Assembly: GCA_024399135.1 (NCBI GenBank) | Contig: JAKSHY010000002.1 | Span: 116,238-140,237 of the forward strand | Reading direction: 5' to 3' | Source: Lachnospiraceae bacterium | Lineage (GTDB): Bacteria; Bacillota; Clostridia; Lachnospirales; Lachnospiraceae | Length of the DNA stretch: 24,000 nucleotides | In this document: in pieces, positions 14,791 through 22,871 of the stretch | How positions within the stretch are numbered: the stretch's first letter is position 1 | Layout: every line of letters begins with the position of its first letter | Made by a program: the position numbers and the translations under genes | The notes under the pieces: model-generated | Databases searched by the model: none | What the model saw: the letters and a program-made list of their open reading frames with translations, nothing else | What the model was told of the DNA's origin: nothing

Positions 14791-15676
14791 AGTAATAAAC
14801 TCCTTTTGATCGTCTAATCGCTCTTACAATAATTATAATATCAATTACCAGCATAGGTATCATCAAAAGGCCATACGATACGAATGGCCCTGGAAATCTC
14901 TTTTCAAATACTTCTTCATTAAGAAAGAATTTTAATATAGAAGGATTTCCGTTATTTACGGCATGCATTATAGCTGCAGGCCAGATAGATTCTGTCTTAA
15001 TCGTAATATAGGTTAACATAACTCCCATAAGAGTGCACTGAATACACATGATGATAATCCCTGCAAAAGGGAATCCTGGGTAATCAGTTCCGAAATTATG
15101 TCCTACCACGGTGAGCGGTGCATGCCAAAGTCCCCATATGATTCCGCCTGTAATAATAGCCTTCGGAATCCCTAACAGTTTAATTAATTTCGGCATCATA
15201 TATCCACGCCATCCACCCTCTTCCCCAAGCGCTGCGAATGACAGAATCGTACAGGAAACCATTGTAAGAATCGGCGAAGCGAATGCAATTTCATTTCCAT
15301 ATCCAAGCTCCATTATAACATTCGAGTCGAAAGCATCTGGCACAAGAACCAGTGCCATAAGACACATGATTTCAAAATAAACCCACGGAATTAAGAGCGC
15401 GAATAAATAATATTTCCACTTTCTGTCCTTAAAACTGATTCCCAGCATCAATGAATCCTTACCTGTCATAGGTAAGCCTTCCTTGGTAATCAGTCGGCTA
15501 AGAATATGGGCAACAAATGGCATCAGCATTCCAAGTCCAATAAAAGATTCCATATATGGATTCGAACCATCCCACTTAAATCCTGTACCAATAAATGAAA
15601 AAAATATAATCCATGTAAGTCCAAAGGAAAGAATTAAATATATCCAAAGCCTTTTGGTTTCAAGTTTTTTATCCAT
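14783..15676 (-). CDS. CPBP family intramembrane glutamic endopeptidase (CAAX protease / Abi, PF02517)
   Basis: Motifs ALGEEGGWRGY (EExxxR), GLWHAP and AIMHAVNN (HxxxN). ATG at 15676 (MDKKLETK) has AAGGAG 10 nt upstream. The track extension to 15730 overlaps the upstream gene. Confidence 0.85.
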   Translation of the reverse strand: MDKKLETKRLWIYLILSFGLTWIIFFSFIGTGFKWDGSNPYMESFIGLGMLMPFVAHILSRLITKEGLPMTGKDSLMLGISFKDRKWKYYLFALLIPWVYFEIMCLMALVLVPDAFDSNVIMELGYGNEIAFASPILTMVSCTILSFAALGEEGGWRGYMMPKLIKLLGIPKAIITGGIIWGLWHAPLTVVGHNFGTDYPGFPFAGIIIMCIQCTLMGVMLTYITIKTESIWPAAIMHAVNNGNPSILKFFLNEEVFEKRFPGPFVSYGLLMIPMLVIDIIIIVRAIRRSKGVYYYG

Positions 15677-15680
15677 AAAG

Positions 15681-16451
15681 CTATCTCTCCTTTCGACGAT
15701 ATAGACGACATGAAATGAGGTATGATACAAAATAAAGTCCCAGAATAATTACAGGCTCAAGAGACTGAAAAATAAGCACTCCGCTTTTATGTTCCTCAAC
15801 GAAATCCATAAACACTGTAATATCCCAGTCTGAAACAGTAGACAAATCTCCAAACATAAGAAAACCTATTACAATAAATGCAATCGTCGTCCAGAACACC
15901 ACCATCGCCCTCATGGCTTTTTCCTTACCAACACCGATATATAGAGGTAACTCTATACCTGCTAAAAACAGCACGATACTTATAATACTAACCAAAAAGG
16001 AATTCACCATAACTGCAATATCCTGAAGCAGGCCTTCTTTGCAAAAAGCAATACAGCCAATTCCCAGTATATAACCAAACGACATAATCAAATATGCCGA
16101 AATACCTATAAAAACATATTTTGACGCCACATATGTATTTTTATCAAATGGCATGGAATTAAGATAATTCCCAATTTTATTCTTCTCATCATTACTCATA
16201 AGCTTGCTAACACTCATAAAAGACATTGGCAAAATAATGAAAGGAACATATGCCATAATAAAGAAGATATCAAATAAATTAATTACACTTCCATCCTCAA
16301 TCATTATCATGGAATCCTGAAACTCCTTCGTTCCAGGAAATACAATTCGAAGTATCAAAAAGAGTATGGAATATGTCGCTATGACCCATGTTAGTCTAAT
16401 TTTGTTAATTCTATCAATAGAAACAAAGTCCTTATATAATAATCCACCCAT
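15681..16451 (-). CDS. Polytopic membrane protein, ABC-2-type permease-like
   Basis: It has about 6 hydrophobic segments. It sits in an operon directly after the ABC ATPase, and its start overlaps the upstream stop (TAATG at 16453..16449). Confidence 0.7.
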   Translation of the reverse strand: MGGLLYKDFVSIDRINKIRLTWVIATYSILFLILRIVFPGTKEFQDSMIMIEDGSVINLFDIFFIMAYVPFIILPMSFMSVSKLMSNDEKNKIGNYLNSMPFDKNTYVASKYVFIGISAYLIMSFGYILGIGCIAFCKEGLLQDIAVMVNSFLVSIISIVLFLAGIELPLYIGVGKEKAMRAMVVFWTTIAFIVIGFLMFGDLSTVSDWDITVFMDFVEEHKSGVLIFQSLEPVIILGLYFVSYLISCRLYRRKER

Positions 16452-17230
16452 TACACCAGTCCTCTCTTTCTTTTCGCAATAAATACCGAAAGAACATAAG
16501 AAAGCACACCTGTCACAATTGCCGAAATCAATACCATCAAATAATGATCTTTTATAGCTTCCATAATCAATTCAATCGGATTAACATCTATAACCTCCGT
16601 TTTATCACTAAAACTGTAAACAAATACCCTTTTTACTTTTGAAAAATTAAATAACACAAGGGCTACAATAATCGTCATGATAGACGAAAACTGAGCAAAG
16701 CTTTCTTTTCCATATCCGAATACAAACATATATAAACATATAAATGCGCCATAAATGAAAAGTGCACTTGCCATTGTAATTATGATTTTTAAAATAGTTC
16801 CAAATGTAAGTATATCTGTAAGCATTGATATTACGAATGCCAGCAGTAAATCTGTAGTAACTCCTATTCCAAAGAACATAGATATTGTTATATACTTGGA
16901 CAACACTCTCTTTTCTATTGAGACTGGCATTATGGCTGATACATTCTGAAATCCCGCCTTCCCGTCTGCCCAAAATATAGCTGTCACATCCCCCACCATT
17001 GCCAGCGAAAGCGTCATAAATAATGAAAGGACAAAGGCTGAGAGATTTTTAACATCAATATCTGTAACCCCGTTTTCTGTCATCATTGACCTTTGAGCAA
17101 GCGCGATATTTCCAAATCTTGCACTTAGTACGAACATAATGGATACGACTAAAACTACTACAACTATATATATATAGGTAATCCTCCGTTTTCTAAGGCA
17201 CATCAGGTCCTTTATAATTAATCCTTTCAT
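16451..17230 (-). CDS. Polytopic membrane protein, ABC-2-type permease-like
   Basis: It has about 6 hydrophobic segments. ATG at 17230 (MKGLIIKDL) has GGAGG 5 nt upstream. The track start at 17242 is TTG. Confidence 0.7.
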   Translation of the reverse strand: MKGLIIKDLMCLRKRRITYIYIVVVVLVVSIMFVLSARFGNIALAQRSMMTENGVTDIDVKNLSAFVLSLFMTLSLAMVGDVTAIFWADGKAGFQNVSAIMPVSIEKRVLSKYITISMFFGIGVTTDLLLAFVISMLTDILTFGTILKIIITMASALFIYGAFICLYMFVFGYGKESFAQFSSIMTIIVALVLFNFSKVKRVFVYSFSDKTEVIDVNPIELIMEAIKDHYLMVLISAIVTGVLSYVLSVFIAKRKRGLV

Positions 17231-17255
17231 TAATACCTCCAAAGGGACATTTTTA

Positions 17256-17981
17256 CTAATTCTTCCTATTTATGTAAAAAAGCATGATATCCTCAAGTTT
17301 TCCCTCTTCATGCGTTTTTAATATTTCATCCTTGTTTCCAGAAAGAACAATTTTTCCTCCATCGATGAATACAACTTCATCCGCAATCTTCTCTATATCC
17401 CCTGTAATATGCGACGAAAGTAAAATAGAATGATCCTTCTTAGTTACATATTCACCAAAAATCTGAATTATCTCATTTCTTACTATAGGATCAAGTCCTG
17501 ATGTAGGTTCATCCATAATCAAAAGCTTAGCATTATGAGACATTGCCACTGCAATCTGCAGTTTCATTCTCATACCACGTGAAAAATCACCACAGGGCTT
17601 TTTTGATGGAAGCGAAAATCTTTTTAAGAAATCAAAGAAAACATTTTCGTCCCAATTTTTATATATATTTTTCATCATGATATTGATGTCTTTGCCTGTC
17701 ATGAAGTCATGAAAGCCCATCTCGTCAAATACCACTCCGATATCCTCCCGAAGCCTTGCACTGTCTTTCTTTATATTTTGACCAAATACGAATATCTCGC
17801 CTTCATCTATATCAATCACATCCAAAACAGCTTTTATAGTAGTGGTTTTTCCTGCACCATTCTGTCCAATGAATCCACATATACTGCCTTCTGGTACGCA
17901 AAACGAAATGTTGTCCAGCTTAAAATCTCCATAGTCCTTGCTCACATTTTTAATTTCTATAACATTTTTTATTTCTTCCAT
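17256..17981 (-). CDS. ABC transporter ATP-binding protein
   Basis: Walker A is GQNGAGKTT, the signature-like motif is FSRGMRMKL, Walker B is LLIMDEPTSGLD, and the H-loop is LLSSH. ATG at 17981 (MEEIKNV). Confidence 0.9.
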   Translation of the reverse strand: MEEIKNVIEIKNVSKDYGDFKLDNISFCVPEGSICGFIGQNGAGKTTTIKAVLDVIDIDEGEIFVFGQNIKKDSARLREDIGVVFDEMGFHDFMTGKDINIMMKNIYKNWDENVFFDFLKRFSLPSKKPCGDFSRGMRMKLQIAVAMSHNAKLLIMDEPTSGLDPIVRNEIIQIFGEYVTKKDHSILLSSHITGDIEKIADEVVFIDGGKIVLSGNKDEILKTHEEGKLEDIMLFYINRKN

Positions 17982-17997
17982 TCCGAACCCCTTCGCT

Positions 17998-18039
17998 ATA
18001 AAAAACAAAAAGACTCTCAATGTATAGCATCAAGAGTCC
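17998..18039 (-). terminator. Intrinsic terminator after the NhaC-family gene
   Basis: The hairpin spans 18012-18038: GACTCT...AGAGTC plus 3 inner pairs, with loop TATAG. On the minus strand it is followed by TTTTTGTTTTTT. Confidence 0.65.
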
Positions 18040-18045
18040 TATTTA

Positions 18046-19476
18046 CTAAAGCATCGCATATCCTGCGATAAGATATGCAATCACTGCCAATATGGCACCC
18101 ATAATAGCATAAGGCGCCTGTGTTATGGCATGATCCATATTATCTATTTCACATGTTGCTGATGATAATACTGTCGCATCTGAATAAAAACATGCATGGC
18201 TTCCGAATACTCCACCAGAAACAACTGCTGATAATACTAGTAAAATGCTTCCATTAAGCGCAATTGCGAGTGGAACAACGATTGGAAGTGCAATAACCTC
18301 AATCCCCCAGAAAGAACTCGTAACGAATGTAAGTGCAGCCAGTATTATGAATACTACTGCAGGAAGAACTGCTGGTGTTAAAAATGGTTCAACGAGCGAA
18401 ATAACATATCCTGAAAGATCCATTTCCCCACATGCTGTCTTAATAAAGAACGAAGCAAGTAAAATAGCAAGCACTGGCAGCATATCAGCAAATCCCTGAA
18501 TGAACAGTTCTCCGAAACGACCAAACGACATAAGCTTTCTTGGTACGAACAAAAATAGTGTTACGAACAAAGTTGAAATAATAGCCATAAGCATATCGCT
18601 CGTAACAATTGTCACGCCTATCAGTATTGACATTGGGATAACAAAATCTATAGCCTTACCAGGTGGTATGACCTTATGAGGTTTTTCAATCATCGACTTT
18701 ACAGCGTTGGTTTCTGCGCCCTCTTTCATTCCAGCTACAGTATATTCACCTGTCTCACTAATTATCTGAACTGGCTTTTGAGTTATTACCTCTCCAGACC
18801 TTGCTCTTTCATAAGCTTTCTTCATAGGGCCAATTTTAGGCAATACTCCGAATGCAAAAAGAAATGTTATAAGCAACGCAATAATTGGATAAAACATATA
18901 TGGAACAACATGAAGATATGTACTAAGTGCAGTACCATAACCTAAATTGGCAACTGCAGGTTCCTCCATGAATATACCTGAATAGAACACTGCCCATGTA
19001 GAGAATGGAAGCATCGCACATACCGGGGCACCTGTAGAATCAATTATATATGCAAGCGCTTCACGTGGTGTCCTTCTTTTGTCACATGCACCCTTCATAC
19101 AGGTTCCAATTGTCATAATATTTAGATAATCATCTACGAAAATAACAACACCTAGAATTGCGGAGGTCACGAGTACCATTCGTTCACTTTTGCAAAACCT
19201 GGTAACCAGTCTCGAAAAGCCTTCTGTACCTCTTGCTTCTCTCAGTATAAGAATCAAAGATCCAAACAATCCACAAATAAGAAGGATATACTGATTATCA
19301 GCATTACTGATTTCATCAAGAACGAGTCCGCACCATGGTCCTAAAAAGTTCACACCATGTATGATTATATATGCAACCAGCGAACCAAAAATCAATGCTT
19401 CAAATGATTTCTTGGTTTTAATTGCAAATACAAGCATCGCTACTGGAGGTAGCAAACATATCCATCCGTAATCCAT
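18046..19476 (-). CDS. nhaC: Na+/H+ antiporter NhaC family protein
   Basis: LLPPVAMLVFAIKTK at the N-terminus. VIFVDDYLNIMTIGTCMKGACDKRRTPREALAYIIDSTGAPVCAMLPFSTW matches the conserved core of the NhaC family (PF03553). Confidence 0.85.
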   Translation of the reverse strand: MDYGWICLLPPVAMLVFAIKTKKSFEALIFGSLVAYIIIHGVNFLGPWCGLVLDEISNADNQYILLICGLFGSLILILREARGTEGFSRLVTRFCKSERMVLVTSAILGVVIFVDDYLNIMTIGTCMKGACDKRRTPREALAYIIDSTGAPVCAMLPFSTWAVFYSGIFMEEPAVANLGYGTALSTYLHVVPYMFYPIIALLITFLFAFGVLPKIGPMKKAYERARSGEVITQKPVQIISETGEYTVAGMKEGAETNAVKSMIEKPHKVIPPGKAIDFVIPMSILIGVTIVTSDMLMAIISTLFVTLFLFVPRKLMSFGRFGELFIQGFADMLPVLAILLASFFIKTACGEMDLSGYVISLVEPFLTPAVLPAVVFIILAALTFVTSSFWGIEVIALPIVVPLAIALNGSILLVLSAVVSGGVFGSHACFYSDATVLSSATCEIDNMDHAITQAPYAIMGAILAVIAYLIAGYAML

Positions 19477-19509
19477 TTTTCAATTCACACTCCCAATTCC
19501 ACCAATTAT

Positions 19510-21435
19510 TTATATATCTATATTTTTTACGTACAAAAATAAATTTTGATTACTTTCCTTATAATCATCTGCCTTAATCATTTCCATGGCAACCTGTTTA
19601 AATCCGTCATCATACTTTCGTCTGTACATAATGCTTATAGAACTCTTTCCAGATTTAAAGTATTCTTTCAGATAATTCACATCTGTCTTTTCAAGATACA
19701 TTGAAAGGTCATCACTATGTACCTGGCCCGACTTTCCGAAACCTGAAAGCCATCCGGATATTGTATCAGTAAATCCCTTTTCTCGTGTCTGTTCTGAAAT
19801 ATCCATATTTACGATTGAATATGTATCCTCAGTCAGATTGATTTTTAATATTTTGGTGTATAAATCACATAATGCCTTATGAGCAGCAGCCTGCCCTCTT
19901 CTGTCTATACCCTTTCGAGAATAATAATCTGCTTTAGCCTTATACATTCTGTCATCTGCGAGCTTAGCTATATTTATTATAGTCTCGTTTTCCAGACCCC
20001 TCTTTGTTACATAACCTACAGACAATGACAGTGACGAAACCAGCTGTCCACTCCATTCCATCATTACACTATCTAAATCACTAATTATGTATTCAAGATG
20101 CTCTTCATCAGCAAAAAAGATGGCTACGAATTCATCTCCACCAGTTCTATATACCTTTCCATAATTACCCAATGTCCTTTTAAGACAATCTGCTGCACCC
20201 TTTATAAGCTCATCGCCCGCGGCATGACCAAGCTCATCATTCACAACCTTAAGACCGTTGATATCTATTGCAGCATATACGAAGTCAGCCTCTGGTGGAA
20301 TCGCAGGATATGCTAACATATCATCCTCATAAGCTCTTCTGTTATATAATCCTGTAAGCTCATCTGTTTGAGATTTATATATAAGTCTTTCCTCCTGCCT
20401 CTTTTCTTCATCAATTTCTCTTGTTGTATATGCAACCTTTGTTGCTTTTCCATCTGCATCTTTTTCTATAACAATGAATGTAGCAAGAAACCAGCCTATA
20501 TTTTTGCCAACTAACTGAGTCGCGATAGTTTTCTTGTCACCAATTCGATCAGCTATTGTTGTTAAATCAGTAAATTCAAGTGCTCTTTCAAGATAATCAT
20601 CCTGCGTAACCGCAGTCATTACCTGCTTCATAATCACAGCTGCACCTGTTCTTCTATTATCAATAATATTATCAACCTCGTTCTTGGCACTTATCTCATC
20701 AACTGTATCATGAACAAGATCAATTACATGCATACTATAGTTTACCTCAGCAATAGATGAGAGGATTCTATACTGATTTTCTTTTTCACTCTCCTTTACA
20801 AAGGTATGTATAATAATAATTCCTATAACCATACCAACAGAATACAAAGGAAGCAGTGGATATGCTATCTGAGCTATAATAGCGGCAGTCATCTCAACAC
20901 AGAATAAGAAAATTGTAAAATATCTCTTCTTCATCTCTCCAATGGCTTTTTTCATAACCGAGCCTGTCTGGATAGCAAGTAAAACGCACAAAAATACCTG
21001 CATATACAAAGCTACATATCTCATGGTATATGCATGATAAACGGTATCCTCATCTATCCAGAAGAATATGTGAACAAAATGATTAACTATCAGCGCCAGA
21101 ATTTCAAGAACAGCAAATACATGTCCAAAGTACAGTATGAACCTGCCAAATCCAGTTGATAAGCGAAGATAAGTTGTAACATACCTGCACAGCAATACTA
21201 CCGAAAAGGCCATTGTTAGATAATAAAGAAGCGTATCTATATATAGTATGGTTGGTATATGCAGTTCATAAAGAACTCCCCATATGGAATCCGTAATATA
21301 ATAAATAAGAGCAACCCAAATATATAGCTTAAATACCCTATTTACTTCTGTTTTATCTTCTTTATTTCTAAAATATTCATGGTTAATTATTAAATGAATA
21401 ATTATAGATATAATACCTATTGCAGAATAATACAT
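19510..21435 (-). CDS. Membrane-bound diguanylate cyclase: about 7 TM helices, an uncharacterised sensor-like domain, GGDEF, and a second similar C-terminal domain
   Basis: DELTGLYNRRAY plus RTGGDEFVAIF. GGAGGA lies 6 nt upstream of the ATG. No RxxD I-site is present 5 residues upstream of GGDEF (the sequence there is GNYGKVYRTGGDEF). Confidence 0.9.
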   Translation of the reverse strand: MYYSAIGIISIIIHLIINHEYFRNKEDKTEVNRVFKLYIWVALIYYITDSIWGVLYELHIPTILYIDTLLYYLTMAFSVVLLCRYVTTYLRLSTGFGRFILYFGHVFAVLEILALIVNHFVHIFFWIDEDTVYHAYTMRYVALYMQVFLCVLLAIQTGSVMKKAIGEMKKRYFTIFLFCVEMTAAIIAQIAYPLLPLYSVGMVIGIIIIHTFVKESEKENQYRILSSIAEVNYSMHVIDLVHDTVDEISAKNEVDNIIDNRRTGAAVIMKQVMTAVTQDDYLERALEFTDLTTIADRIGDKKTIATQLVGKNIGWFLATFIVIEKDADGKATKVAYTTREIDEEKRQEERLIYKSQTDELTGLYNRRAYEDDMLAYPAIPPEADFVYAAIDINGLKVVNDELGHAAGDELIKGAADCLKRTLGNYGKVYRTGGDEFVAIFFADEEHLEYIISDLDSVMMEWSGQLVSSLSLSVGYVTKRGLENETIINIAKLADDRMYKAKADYYSRKGIDRRGQAAAHKALCDLYTKILKINLTEDTYSIVNMDISEQTREKGFTDTISGWLSGFGKSGQVHSDDLSMYLEKTDVNYLKEYFKSGKSSISIMYRRKYDDGFKQVAMEMIKADDYKESNQNLFLYVKNIDI

Positions 21436-21464
21436 TCGTGCTCCTCCACAGATTTCAAAGCCTC

Positions 21465-22655
21465 TTAATCACATTCCGTATTTTTTAACAAAAGTTTCTT
21501 ATATGTACTATCAATTGCAAACGCTCCAAGCGGAGCTGTTATTACAATAGCAAGTACAGCTATTGTTAATACTATATCGCCACAGGAAAGTCCCAAGCTT
21601 AATGGTATACCGCCTATAGCTGCCTGCACTGTTGCCTTAGGCGTATATGCCATCATAGAAAACAGCCTTTCACCTTTACCAAGATTCGTTCCAAGTAAGC
21701 ATATGAATACACCAAGCATTCTGAATATTAATGCTCCGAAAATCACTATAATTGCACTGGTTCCAACCTTTCCTAAATAACCTATATTCACTGTTGCCCC
21801 AACCAGTACGAAAAGGAAAACCTCTGCAACAACCCAGAGCTTATTATATTTTGATGACAGCCTTACCGATACTTCTTTCCTGTGCTTCTTTAGGGCAATA
21901 CCTATAAACATTATTGCAATTAGTGCAGAGTATGTAATCGGTGTATTTAACATATCCTCAACAGCTACCAGTATGAATGAAAATGAAAGCATTATCATTA
22001 CCTTAACTGTATCTCGTATATGAACCTTTTCAAAGAATATCGCAAGCAGTCTTCCTGTTAATATTCCTATTCCAATTCCTAAAATAATAGACACTGGAAT
22101 ATTCACGAAGCGTATTACCGAAACGCCATCCCCCTGCATCATTCCAACGAAGGTTGAAAACAATACTATTACATACACATCATCGACAGATGCTCCCGCT
22201 AAAATTAACTGTGGTATATTTTTAGCCACACCATAGCCTTCATCCATAAGCTTAACCATTCTTGGAACAACAACTGCCGGTGAAACAGCTGCAAGCACAG
22301 CTCCCATGACAGCCGCCTCAAGGTATGATATTCCAAGAAGCCCAGGTGCCAGAATAAGCATTCCTATGAGTTCTAAACTTGCCGGAACAAAGCACATCAA
22401 AAAAGCTGGTCTTCCTATTTTCTTTAATCCTGATATATCAAGACTCAATCCTGCCCTGGTAAGAATAATTATGAGCGCTATCTTCCTGATATCCGCCGAT
22501 ATTGCCAGAATGGACTCATCGAATATATTTAAAACATATGGTCCCAAAACTATTCCGGTAAGCAGCATTCCTATAAGACCTGGAAGCTTTATTTTCCTGC
22601 ATATCCATCCTAAGCCGGAGCCCACTATTAAAATTAAAGCAATACTTAATAACAT
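21465..22655 (-). CDS. Cation:proton antiporter (Na+/H+ exchanger family, CPA1/CPA2-like)
   Basis: It has about 11-12 TM segments. The N-terminus IKLPGLIGMLLTGIVLGP is typical of PF00999 proteins. Confidence 0.8.
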   Translation of the reverse strand: MLLSIALILIVGSGLGWICRKIKLPGLIGMLLTGIVLGPYVLNIFDESILAISADIRKIALIIILTRAGLSLDISGLKKIGRPAFLMCFVPASLELIGMLILAPGLLGISYLEAAVMGAVLAAVSPAVVVPRMVKLMDEGYGVAKNIPQLILAGASVDDVYVIVLFSTFVGMMQGDGVSVIRFVNIPVSIILGIGIGILTGRLLAIFFEKVHIRDTVKVMIMLSFSFILVAVEDMLNTPITYSALIAIMFIGIALKKHRKEVSVRLSSKYNKLWVVAEVFLFVLVGATVNIGYLGKVGTSAIIVIFGALIFRMLGVFICLLGTNLGKGERLFSMMAYTPKATVQAAIGGIPLSLGLSCGDIVLTIAVLAIVITAPLGAFAIDSTYKKLLLKNTECD

Positions 22656-22798
22656 ATTTTAAATAGCCTAATGGTTATATAACCAAAAGTATACTATCCT
22701 CTCACTCTTTGCATCATTTTCCATAATGCATAAATATACATAGTGAATGATAACATATCACAGTACAAAAATATACTTATTCGTAGTTCTTCTGTATC

Positions 22799-22827
22799 TT
22801 GATAATATATTCGTTACGTATTAGAAT
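22799..22827 (+). promoter_or_regulatory. Sigma-A-type promoter for the flotillin gene
   Basis: -35 TTGATA (22799-22804), 17-nt spacer, -10 TAGAAT (22822-22827). AAGGAG at 22858-22863 lies 8 nt before the ATG. Confidence 0.5.
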
Positions 22828-22871
22828 CTAACCTATAAACTTTATTATTTATTTACGAAGGAGAAGTAAAA

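Noticed and set aside
6322-16973. Minus-strand alternative-frame ORFs nested in larger genes (6322..6519 in hsdR, 12226..12420 in fic, 14427..14642 in the 267-aa gene, 16647..16973 in the ABC-2 permease)
   Set aside because: They overlap out of frame with genes whose frames carry recognisable motifs, have no SD, and have odd composition (Cys/Arg/Trp-rich). I found no evidence for programmed frameshifting.
18700-18860. Hydrophilic stretch of about 50 aa (GEVITQKPVQIISETGEYTVAGMKEGAETNAVKSMIEKPHKVIPPGKA) in the middle of the NhaC-family transporter, considered as a possible inserted domain
   Set aside because: A central cytoplasmic loop between the two halves is normal for this transporter family. 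It has no independent ORF signals and no compositional break.
291-22662. All plus-strand ORFs in the supplied track (for example 291..488, 3514..3729, 3824..4042, 5463..5666, 6198..6380, 6461..6688, 8267..8452, 8669..8878, 10073..10345, 10536..10757, 10802..11086, 11382..11582, 11675..11998, 15111..15380, 15483..15704, 16755..16949, 17709..18071, 18245..18499, 18676..18945, 20098..20316, 22306..22662)
   Set aside because: Each lies antisense inside a long minus-strand gene that has clear family motifs. Their products are low-complexity (F/I/L/S-rich), lack Shine-Dalgarno sites, and are the shadow ORFs expected in AT-rich DNA.
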